From positions 79,546,001 through 79,610,000 of the forward strand of contig OZ024744.1 of assembly GCA_964016885.1 (NCBI GenBank): 64,000 nt of DNA, given 5' to 3'. Positions 53,576 through 64,000 of the stretch are shown piece after piece. The position numbers and the translations under genes are program-made. The first letter of the stretch is position 1. Each line of letters starts with the position of its first letter. The notes beneath the pieces were generated by a model, which had not been told where the DNA came from, did no database searches, and saw only the letters and a list, made by a program, of their open reading frames with translations. This DNA is from Eledone cirrhosa. Taxonomy: Eukaryota.

Positions 53576-53611
53576 CCAATATTTCGGGACTTAAAAGTCT
53601 CTTCATCAGGG
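53576..53611 (-). ncRNA. Minimal hammerhead motif, antisense in Clock intron
   Basis: Minus strand: CC-CTGATGA-a-GAGACT-TTTA-AGTCCC-GAAA-TA-TT-GG. Core intact; stem II 5/6; stem I only 2 bp. Confidence 0.6.
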
Positions 53612-54660
53612 TTTAATGAACCTTCAGTGGATAACGTTCTAATTTCCTCACTTTGGGATGAAATTTTGATTTTGATTTAAATTTTTTCTAAGTCGTTTTC
53701 AAGTATTTTTCAATGGTTACTTCACTTACCACATGAATAATGTCAATTGCCAATATAGTATTTTGTGAAATCTATTTTCTTTTTTGTATAGTGTTGGGGC
53801 CATATTGTAATTTGTCTGAATATAAAACTTTAACCCTTTAATGTTCAAACCAGCCAAAACCGGCCAGAATTCTCTTCCTTTTTCTGTTGAAACTGGCTGT
53901 AACTGGTCACTCAAACTCATGTTAAGGTATTGTTCTCAAAATAAATACTCTTTAAATCTCATAGATTCGATATTATGTGAGATAATTATGTGAGATAAAG
54001 CCTTCATGAAAATACAACAGTATATATAGAGTAATGTAAATGCTAAAGAGTTAAAGTTTCATGTAAACCTTTATATTAAGACACCCCTTTTGTCACAAAT
54101 GACTGTGGGTTTGCATGTTTTTTTAATAGTGGTGTCCTGCTCCCGTGTGGTAAATGTTCTTGCCTTAGCCCTTCCATTTAGGTTGAATTTGTTCATCCAG
54201 GTCAGAGTTTGTTAGTTATATGTTGAGCATTCAGTACCCATAAGTTATAAAGACATACCTTTTTAGTTAGTCCATTTTTATTATTTTGTAGTCATCTTAT
54301 TTTTATTGCGTTTCATTGGACATATGGTGTATTATACTTTGGTGTTGTTTCTGTTTATTATAGAGACAAGGTCCTGTTTTCATCATCCACATTTAGGTTA
54401 TCTCTATTTCCAGAATCTTTATATTTAGATAATTCTTCCATTTCATAGAGAGATACATTATCATCTGTTGGGACTGATACTTCAATTAAGAAGTATTACT
54501 TTTCCTGGTGGTCTTTGCTTACAATCTAGATTTGATCTCTTTGTTTTAGTGTATTCACATATCCCAGCCTGTGATTGTTTTGTCATTCTCTGGGATATTT
54601 TCTATTATGTGTCTATACCAACCAATTTTCTGTTGGTATTTCATAATGCTGGCATAACTT
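53612..54660 (-). mobile_element. Highly decayed Penelope-like remnant (interrupted by a MITE)
   Basis: Lies directly 5' of the 53576 hammerhead on the same strand; faint FLEIEIT/LYNKQ-like RT-thumb traces near 54350-54420; no ORF. Confidence 0.35.
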
Positions 54661-56498
54661 CTAATCATCATCATCATCATCATTGTTTAACGTCCATCTT
54701 CCATGCTAGCATGGGTTAGACGGTTTTGTCGCACTTGAGGCGAGATTGGTCAGGAGACCGTGTCTCGCTCATACGAAAGTGTCTCTGGCAGGTTTTCTAC
54801 GGCTGGATGCCCTTCCTAACACCAACCACGTGTACAGTGTGGACTGGGAGCCTTTTTACCGTGTCTCCCATACAACCACTTTACATTGTGGACTGGGTGA
54901 TTTTTGTTGTGACACACCTACACAACCACTTTACAGAGGATGGAGTAGGATGTGTGGGGTGGGGTATATATTGGGTTAAGAGGTGCCTACTGACTGTAGG
55001 TTTAAGTTTGTATGCAATGTATCTAAAAAACAATTCCAACATGCCTTTAGATGTATTCTTTCTTTGTTAAAACTAGGCAGCTCGAGACAAAAGGGCGAAT
55101 TGTTTCTTCTCCATCTCCACATAGTCTGCATCATTAGATGCTTTTGGTGGTTTCTGGTGTGGAGGCTTGGATCCTGTGTTACAATTAAGTCTTAACTTTG
55201 AGCCTTGCACATCTCAGCCATTGTTGTGAACTTCCGTTGTCTATTTCCACTCTTATCAGTTTTTTCAAGTATCAGTCCACCCTGTAAGGTGGAAGTGTTG
55301 GAGTCATGATAAAAAGTACCCAGTCCACCCTGTAAGGTGGTAGTGCTGGAATCGTGATAAAATTCTCCCTGGAGATGCTGTAAAGTGGTTGGTATTAGGA
55401 AGGGCATCCAGCTGTAGAAACCAAACCAAACCAAATACAGAATGTATGAAGAAAACATGTTCACCTAACCATTAGCTTCAGCACATGACAACCCATGAAA
55501 CCCATGCAAGTCTGAAAAATAGATGTTAAATGGTGATGATGATGATGATGGTAACAGTCATGTAGGGACTTTTCTTACTATCATGTTATCATAGATACCT
55601 GTATCCACAGTTTTACTTTATATTATAGAGTTTTCACATTTTTTCTTCTCATTGTTGTTGTCTCCATAATTATCTGTCACTTCAGTTTCTGTTTCGTTTT
55701 TGTTGGGCTTCCTTGAAAACAGAAGAAAACAATTTATTTTGTTAGCTTTTTATAGCTATTTTATATTAGCTTTCCTTTATTCTTTTATCATCTATTTTTG
55801 TAGTACTAAGGAGATGTTGACTTCCAATGAATTTGCTGAGAAGTGGACGAGAGTGACAAGCAATGTCCTGAGTGTTTAAGTCTCTTTTAAGTACCCGTGT
55901 GTGGGCTGGGGGAGTTCACTTGCCATTTATCTTTGGTTGTTAACCCTTTAGCATTTATATTACTCTCTCTATATTTACTATTGTATTTTCGGGGTAAATG
56001 TTTTACCTTACATAATTATCTCACATAAAATCAAATCTATGAGATTTTGATATTATTTATTTTGAGAACAATACATTAACATCAGTATGAGCGGCCAGTG
56101 GTTTGAACAGAAAGAGGTGAGAGAATTCTGGCCGGATACAGCCGATTTAAATACTAAAGGGTTAAGGCAACTATAGGCTGAGTAATGACATAGCTGAGAG
56201 AGTTCTTTTTTGCTTGGTAGTCAATGTCATCTTGGATCTGTGAGATACCTTGATGATTGGCACTAACTGGCTTTCTCTCTCTGTTGGAATGTTCTATTTT
56301 ATGACTTTGGTATACTGTTGTTGTTTTTTTTCCATGTAATTTTGTTTGTTTGATTGTTTCTTTGTTTTACTTCTCACAATTGATTTTGCACAAACCTTTG
56401 TTTTGTAATTTGTCCTTATAAAGTGTCACATTCATTGCACTTGTAGCAAATGAAATAAATTATTCTTGTTCTTGTTTATATATTTGTTTGTAACTTAT

Positions 56499-56545
<47 letters not shown>

Positions 56546-56688
56546 TTGTATATATATATATATATGTGTCTGTTTGTATATATATATATGTGTGTATATA
56601 TAGGTGTGTGTGTGTATATATATATGTGTGTGTGTGTGTGTATATATGTGTATGTGTGTGTATATATGTGTGTGTGTATATAAATGTG

Positions 56689-56721
<33 letters not shown>

Positions 56722-56741
56722 ATTACTTTCTATTTTGACAG

Positions 56742-56831
56742 GCCTTAGACAGCTTTTTACTTGTATTTACACAACAAGGAAACATACTTTATGCTTCTGA
56801 GAGCATAACATCACTTCTTGGACATTTACCG
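56742..56831 (+). CDS. Clock: Clock exon, start of PAS-A
   Basis: gacag| acceptor and |gtaaca donor, phase 0, 90 nt. Encodes [30 protein letters not shown]. Not in the ORF track. Confidence 0.95.
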
Positions 56832-56891
56832 GTAACATACTTTTTTTTTTATTTCCAATCTAACTTTTTACAAAAAAAACTGACACCCACA

Positions 56892-56968
<77 letters not shown>

Positions 56969-57016
56969 CCTCTCTCTCTCTCCCTCATACTTGTGCATAT
57001 AAATACATACTTGTAT

Positions 57017-57095
<79 letters not shown>

Positions 57096-57789
57096 ACACC
57101 CATGCAGACTTACTATTAATTATTAATGATTGCGGAAATGAAGGTTCAATACCATAGTGACCTTAATATGGAATATGTGTATATATGTGTGTGTATATGT
57201 ATCATCATCATCATCATCATCATTTTACGTCTGCTTTTCCCTGCTTGCAAGGGTGGGACGGGCCCTATTCATCACAACATCTTTCCATTCATCACGGGTC
57301 TTTTTCATCTCCAACGTGAGCTTCAGTGATCTGAGGTCTGCTCTCACCACCTCCACCCATGATTTTCGTGGTCATCCTCCATGCGCTTCACATGTCCATA
57401 CCAACACAGTCTTCTCTCCCGCACACTACAGCTTATCCCTCTTATACACAGTTTCTCTCTCAACTTGTCTATGCTTGGTCGTTCACGCACATTGAACTTA
57501 CACATCCAACGGAGCATGCTTGCTTCATTTCTCTCCAGCCATCACATATCCTCCACAGTTGCTGCCCATGTCTCACTACCATGCAGCATCGCGCATCTCA
57601 CACAATCATCATACATATATATATCATCATCATCACCACTATTTTTCCACGTTGGCATGGTTTAGACATGTTGCCCTGTTGTGAGACAAGCTAGGTCAGG
57701 TAACCATGTCTTGCTCATACAGAACTGATTTTGGCTTGGTTTCTACAGTGGGATGCCCTCCCTAATGCCAACCTCATTTACAGTGAGTA

Positions 57790-58335
57790 CTGGGTGCTTT
57801 TTTTCGTGATACCTATACGACCACTTTACAGTGTGGACTGGGTGCTTTTTGTTGTGTCACCTACACGACCACTTTACATTGTGGACTGGGAGCTTTTTGT
57901 TGTGTCACCTACATGACCACCTTACATTGTGGACTGGGAGCTTTTTGTTGTGTCACCTACATGACCACCTTACATTGTGGACTGGGAGCTTTTTGTTGTG
58001 TCACCTACACGACCACTTTACATTGTGGACTGGGTGCTTTTTGTTGTGTCACCTACACGACCACTTTACATTGTGGACTGGGAGCTTTTTGTTGTGTCAC
58101 CTACATGACCACCTTACATTGTGGACTGGGAGCTTTTTGTTGTGTCACCTACATGACCACCTTACATTGTGGACTGGGAGCTTTTTGTTGTGTCACCTAC
58201 ACGACCACTTTACATTGTGGACTGGGTGCTTTTTGTTGTGTCACCTACACGACCACTTTACATTGTGGACTGGGAGCTTTTTGTTGTGTCACCTACATGA
58301 CCACCTTACAATGTGGGCTGGGCACTTTTGTTGTG
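57790..58335 (-). repeat. 48-bp tandem array expanded inside an RTE 3'-UTR-derived element
   Basis: Unit tgtgtcacctacaYgaccacYttacattgtggactgggWgctttttgt, about 11 copies; the same unit occurs 1-2 times in RTE 3' UTRs and as looser arrays at about 62050-62760 and 63500-63830. Confidence 0.9.
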
Positions 58336-58527
58336 GCTCCAGGGGGGACCGATTTAAGGTGGGGTGGGAGTGGGGAAGATGCCTGGGTAATTGGAGACAT
58401 AGGTATAGGTGTGGGATGATTACAGCAAGGGGGGTGTATAGGCGGAGTGACAGTAGGGAAGGTATTGTATACTAGATATATGCGAAGACGGGTTTTCTCT
58501 AATACTGCAAAGCATCAGAGATCAGTC

Positions 58528-58560
<33 letters not shown>

Positions 58561-58563
<3 letters not shown>

Positions 58564-58785
58564 TGAACTTAGGTCCTTCCATGCCATTTGGCACATTGAG
58601 CAGTAAGTGCTCGCCAACAGTCACGATTAGCAGCGGCCTTTTTCGCGTCCATGCCAAGTGATGTTGGCTGCCATCAGGTCTTCTCAGAGCATTCGTCGCC
58701 TGGTGATCCTGGGGCAACCCCACCTTCTGTTTGCCACTAGGTGGAGTCCACTTCATTGCTGTTCTTGAGGGTCGTTCGTCAGGCA
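58561..58785 (-). mobile_element. Decayed RTE-like 3' fragment between (TA)n tracts
   Basis: KWTPPSGKQKVG(L)P resembles the RTE C-terminal WxPxGxRxxGRP motif. Confidence 0.55.
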
Positions 58786-58790
58786 GGCAC

Positions 58791-58828
<38 letters not shown>

Positions 58829-59153
58829 AGGGTTGACGGACCCAGCATATTTATCAATGCCAGTACCGGTTGTATCTCAGCGCACTCCATGGGCAATGTC
58901 AGATACATTACCATAGTATACACATAGTTATTTGCCTCAACACAACACACGTAAAATGGGTGCCTATAAGGTTCCCGGACTCGAGTTTCTGCCGCACTAA
59001 TGCAGCAGTAAGGTGCACTGCACCATCTGTCTGTATATATTATGCAACAATGCACAATCGGCTTATGCGGCTTCATCAGCGGGTATCGCCTAATCAATAA
59101 CCAATCGATCGACAGAATCCTAAGACCAGTCTATGCCAGCCATGACTGTTTGT

Positions 59154-59189
<36 letters not shown>

Positions 59190-59451
59190 CACCCAGTCCA
59201 TCCTTTAAGGTGGTCATGATGGTGACATGACAAAAAAAAAGCACCCAGTTCACAGAAGGTTGTTTTGGTACCACAATAAAATAAAAACATCAAGTCCACA
59301 CTGTAATGTGGTTGACATTGGGAAGGGCATCCAGCTGTAGAAGCAACCAAGCTAAAACAAACATCTGTATGAGCAAGTTGTGGCTACATGACCTGACTTG
59401 TTTTATATAATGTGACAACTCATCTATAAATATGCTGGGTCCGTCAACCCT

Positions 59452-59487
<36 letters not shown>

Positions 59488-59534
59488 TAAGGGTTGACGG
59501 ACCCACCATATTTATAGATGAGTTGTCACATGCA

Positions 59535-59589
<55 letters not shown>

Positions 59590-60143
59590 AGATGTGATCA
59601 CCTGATCTGTCTAGCATCATAATGTAACCCATGAAAGCATGGAAAATAACAGTTATACTGTGATGAAGATGGTGATACCCATCCACGCTATATACATACA
59701 CACAGATATATAATCCTCAATATGATCATCAATTATTTAATGTCTATTTTCACATGCTTGCATTATGATGCCAGACAGGTCAGGTGATCACATCTTGCAT
59801 ATATATATATATATATATATATATAATGATAATAATGGAGCTGCGGCGTTGCAAATGGGATACATATGAAAAAGTGAGTCCTTCATCAGTGACCCTCCAA
59901 CCGTCCTCAGTATTTCATCGCTTTAAGGGCCATATGCCTCAGGTTGGTGCGAACAACGGCTAAAAAAAGTCGTTGGGACACGTAAATAAAGGGGGACGCT
60001 AGAGTAACAACAAAAGGGTTTAAGCAACGGAAAGTGACCCAACGACTTTTTTTAGCCGTTGTTCGCACCAACCTGAGGCATATGGCCCTTAAAGCGATGA
60101 AATGCCGAGGACAGTTGGAGGGTCACTGATGAAGGACTCACTT

Positions 60144-60193
<50 letters not shown>

Positions 60194-60289
60194 AGGGTTG
60201 ACGGACCCCAGTCCCTATCATCTCATTTCTACAGCTGAGTAAACTGGAGCAATGTGAAAGAAAGTGTCTTGCTCAAGGAAAAGGAAACA

Positions 60290-60335
<46 letters not shown>

Positions 60336-60501
60336 TGCATAAATGTGGTTGGTGTTAGGAAGGGCATCCAGCCGTAGAAAACCCGCCAGACAGTCCTATG
60401 CGAGCAAGACAACCACTCTTGCCTCAAGTGGGAAAACTCCCGTCCAAACCCATGCAACTGTGGAATATGGACGTTAAACGATGATGATGATGATATATAT
60501 C

Positions 60502-61141
60502 TATTGCTCGCACCAACCGGAGGTATCTGATTTTTAAAGCGATGAAATACCAATGATGGTTGGAAAATCACTGATGAAGGACTATTTTTATCATATGTAA
60601 CCCATGTGCAACCACGCAGTATTCTTTCTTCTCATGTTTTTTATATATATTTACCTCGGCTGCGTTTGTCTGTTTCTCTCTTACTGCTTCCCCCTCTCTC
60701 TGTTGCTCTCACCTTCTTTCGCCCCCTCTGTCAGTTACACTTTCTCTCGACTGGCCACTTCCACTCACTCACTCTCTGTTTATCCCCTTCTCACTTCCTC
60801 CCGTTTGGCCTGTGTGGGTTCTCTTCTTGCTCACATCTCTCTCACGTTGGACGGTCTGTATATCTCGTTCGCTCATGAAATCCACCCAGCTTAAGCTGAC
60901 CGGATAACCATGTTGCTTGTTTTTTCCTATCTTTGCGTTGCTATCCTTCTATGTTTGTTTACTTTTCTCGCTCGCTTTACGCGATTTACTTGTCCCAATA
61001 GCTTTATTTAGGTATTGCTCGCACCAACAGGAGGTATATGATTTTTAAAGCGATGAAATACCAATGAAGGTTGGAAAATCACTGATGAAGGACTATTGTT
61101 ATCATATGTAACCCATGTGCAACCACGCAGTATTCTTTCTT
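60502..61141 (+). mobile_element. Small non-coding element with 129-bp direct terminal repeats
   Basis: 60502-60630 and 61013-61141 are nearly identical and flank a ~380-bp pyrimidine-rich interior; TA-rich flanks. Confidence 0.7.
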
Positions 61142-61162
61142 GTTTTTTATATATATATATAT

Positions 61163-61216
<54 letters not shown>

Positions 61217-62981
61217 ATACTTGGGGAGGGTCATATTTGTGTAATATTGCCAGAATTAATAACAGAACACACTCACTGTTTGGTTGGTTTTCGTTTTTAT
61301 ATATATGGCATGTGGCCTAGTGGTTAGAGCATTAGGCTTTCAATCGAAAGGTTGTGAGTTCAATTCTCAGACCGGGTGATGTGTTGTTTCCTTGAGCAAG
61401 ACACTTTATTTCACATTGCTCCAGTTTACTCAGCTGTAGAAATGAGATGATAGGGACTGGGGTCCATATCATTCCACTGCAAAGTAGTCGAGCAGGTGCC
61501 ACGGCAAAAAAGCACCCAGCACTCACTGTAAATGAGGTTGGTGTTAGGAAGGGCATCCAGCTGTAGAAATCAAGCCAGAATCAGTTCCCGTCCCACCCTT
61601 GCAAGCAGGGAAAAACGGATGTAAAATGATGATATATATATATATATCCAATCAATAAACGTAATATATAACAAATCGTCCTTGTATTATTATTATATAT
61701 ACACACACACACACATATGTATATGGTGCTAGAAGAGTAAAGGTGAGGGAGAAGTACAGTGAAAATTATTATAGGCATGATAATGATAATGGTTGATAGT
61801 GTAGTGGTAGAGGGTTGTAGGTGAGAAAGAGTTAGTGATAAAGATAAAGAGTGTGATAGGGATAACTGTTGATTGAATACAGACAAAGACAAAGGCCCTC
61901 TCCTCTCTGATAGTGTGATTCAGCAAATAAAATAGGAAACGATCAATAAATGTGAACAGGAGCCAATAATAATAAGGATCATCATCATCATCATTTAACG
62001 TCGAACAGGAGCCAATAATAATAAGGATCATATCATCATCATCATTTAACGTCCATATTCACCCAGCCCACACTATAAAGTGGACATGTAAAATACACAG
62101 CAAAATACACCCAGCCCACACTGTAAAGTGGACATGTAAAAAACACGTTAAAATGCACCCAGCCCACATTGTAAAGCGGATGTGTAAAAGACACAGCAAA
62201 AAGCACCCAGCACACACTGTCAATGTGTTTGGCATTAGAAAGGGCATCCAGCCGTAAAAATCCAGCCAGAAACACCTCTATATGAGTGAGACACGGTCAC
62301 CCGACCCAACTTGCATCTCTAAATGGGACCCATCTAACCCATGCTAGCCTGGAAGATAGACATTAATCAATGATGATGATGATTCCACGATAGCATAGGT
62401 AGGGGAAACTGTCCCTTTGTGAGAGATCTGGTCGTGACACCTACATGACCATTTTACAGTGTGGACTTGGGCTTTTATTCATGACACCTACACAACCACT
62501 TTACAATGTGGGCTGAGTGCTTTTTGTCATGACTCCTACATGACCACTTTACAGTGTGGCCTGGGTGCTTTTTGTTGTGACACCTACACAACCACTTTAC
62601 AGTGTGACCTGGGTGCTTTTTGTCAAATTGCCAACACGACCACTTTATAGTGGGGGCTGGGTGTTTTTTGTCATGGCACCTACACATCCACCTTACAGTG
62701 AGCTGGGTGCTTTTTACTGTGTCACCATCACAATCACTTTACAATGTAGGCTGGAGGCTTCGCTGCATGTATACTTCGGCTTGTCCTCATGGGAGATGTA
62801 TGGGAGTGATGTAGGAAGGGGTGGGATGGTGCATGCTATATATATATGCTTCAGCTATGGTCTATGCTCACAGGAATTTGGGTCTTCTGTATTACTACGT
62901 AACACCAGAGATCTTGGTCCTGTGTCATCATCTTTGAGAGGTGCAGTTTGGCGAGGTCAGCTTTTAACACCTCGTCCTAGG

Positions 62982-63014
<33 letters not shown>

Positions 63015-63193
63015 TTGACAGTGCCCCAGCATGGCCTCAGCCCCTTGGTGAGAACACGCAATAAAATAATAGAATAATAATAACATTAAACAAAAAGAGA
63101 TTGCAATGTGGCATTAAAGAAATAGGGATTGCAATACAGATGGAACGCTCACAAAAAAACAACATTGCTTGGAACACCTTGAATAATCTGGAG

Positions 63194-63337
63194 CAGGCAT
63201 GTCAAACATGCGGCCCGCACAAAGGTTTTTACAGCACGAGCACGTTTTATCTTCGTAAAATTAGTTGTGTGTGTCCCTCAGACAACACATATGTGAACCA
63301 TGTAGCTCTCGGGGGAACCCTCAGTTTGACATGCCTG
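63194..63337. mobile_element. hAT (Charlie-like) MITE
   Basis: Perfect 14-bp TIR CAGGCATGTCAAAC; 8-bp TSD atctggag/ctctggag (7/8). Confidence 0.85.
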
Positions 63338-64000
63338 CTCTGGAGGGTACTTGAAAAATAAGGAGTGTTACGTCAGTTCACTGGTAGTGAACAGCTAACA
63401 CTGTAATATCTCCAGTGTTAAAAGCTGAGCAAAGGCAATAATAATGATTAAGCAGGATATTGTGGTGATTGGTATATGAAAAGGCTATTAAATACTGACC
63501 ACCCTGTAATGTGGTAGTGTTGGTGACACAACAAAAAGCACCCTATCCACATTGTGAGGTAGTAGTGCTGGTGTTATGACGAAAAGCAAACAGTCCACTT
63601 TGTATGGTGGTAGTGCTGGTACCATGATCAAAATTATGCAGTACACACTGTAAGGTGGTAGTGCTGGTGTCACCATAAAAAGCACCCAATCTACTCTTTA
63701 AGGTAGTAGTGCTGGTACTATGTCAAAAAGCACTCAATCCACCCCGTTAGGTCCTAGTCCTAGCACTATATCAAAACACACCCAGTTCACCCTGTAAGAT
63801 AGCAGTGCTGGAGTCACCATAAAAAGCTCCCAGAACATGCTGTTAAGTTGTTGGCATTAAGGAGGGCATGAACCCAGCTACAGAAACCATGCCATAAACG
63901 GAATGTATGAGCAAAACATGGTCACCTAATTTGTCTATTCTCATTACATGACAACTTGTCTAACTCATGCAAGCCTGGAAAATAGACATTAACCCTTTAA

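Overview
AT-rich, repeat-dense eukaryotic DNA, by inference from a coleoid cephalopod (octopus-like: abundant (TA)n/(CA)n microsatellites, RTE LINEs with (CAT)n tails, tRNA-derived SINEs, TTAA-MITEs). The only host gene I can support is a + strand circadian Clock orthologue: four phase-consistent GT-AG exons (23142-23192, 39904-40052, 52610-52701, 56742-56831) encoding the bHLH domain and the start of PAS-A. Its ATG exon was not found and the gene runs past the window end. The rest is intron or intergenic DNA holding several RTE copies (one near-full-length copy nested antisense in another), a Penelope-like (GIY-YIG) fragment, SINEs, piggyBac-like and hAT MITEs, a non-autonomous Helitron and two multi-kb minisatellites. 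The most notable hidden signal is a dispersed set of minimal type I hammerhead ribozyme motifs: 7 with complete cores, 3 of them with a compensatory U3-A8 pair, plus decayed copies. They are tied to Penelope-like terminal repeats, fold-back inverted repeats and (TA)n tracts. Also notable are a PHD-type C4HC3 finger inside the RTE reverse transcriptase and a candidate restorative A-to-I recoding site in Clock. Everything was read by eye; repeat boundaries are approximate.
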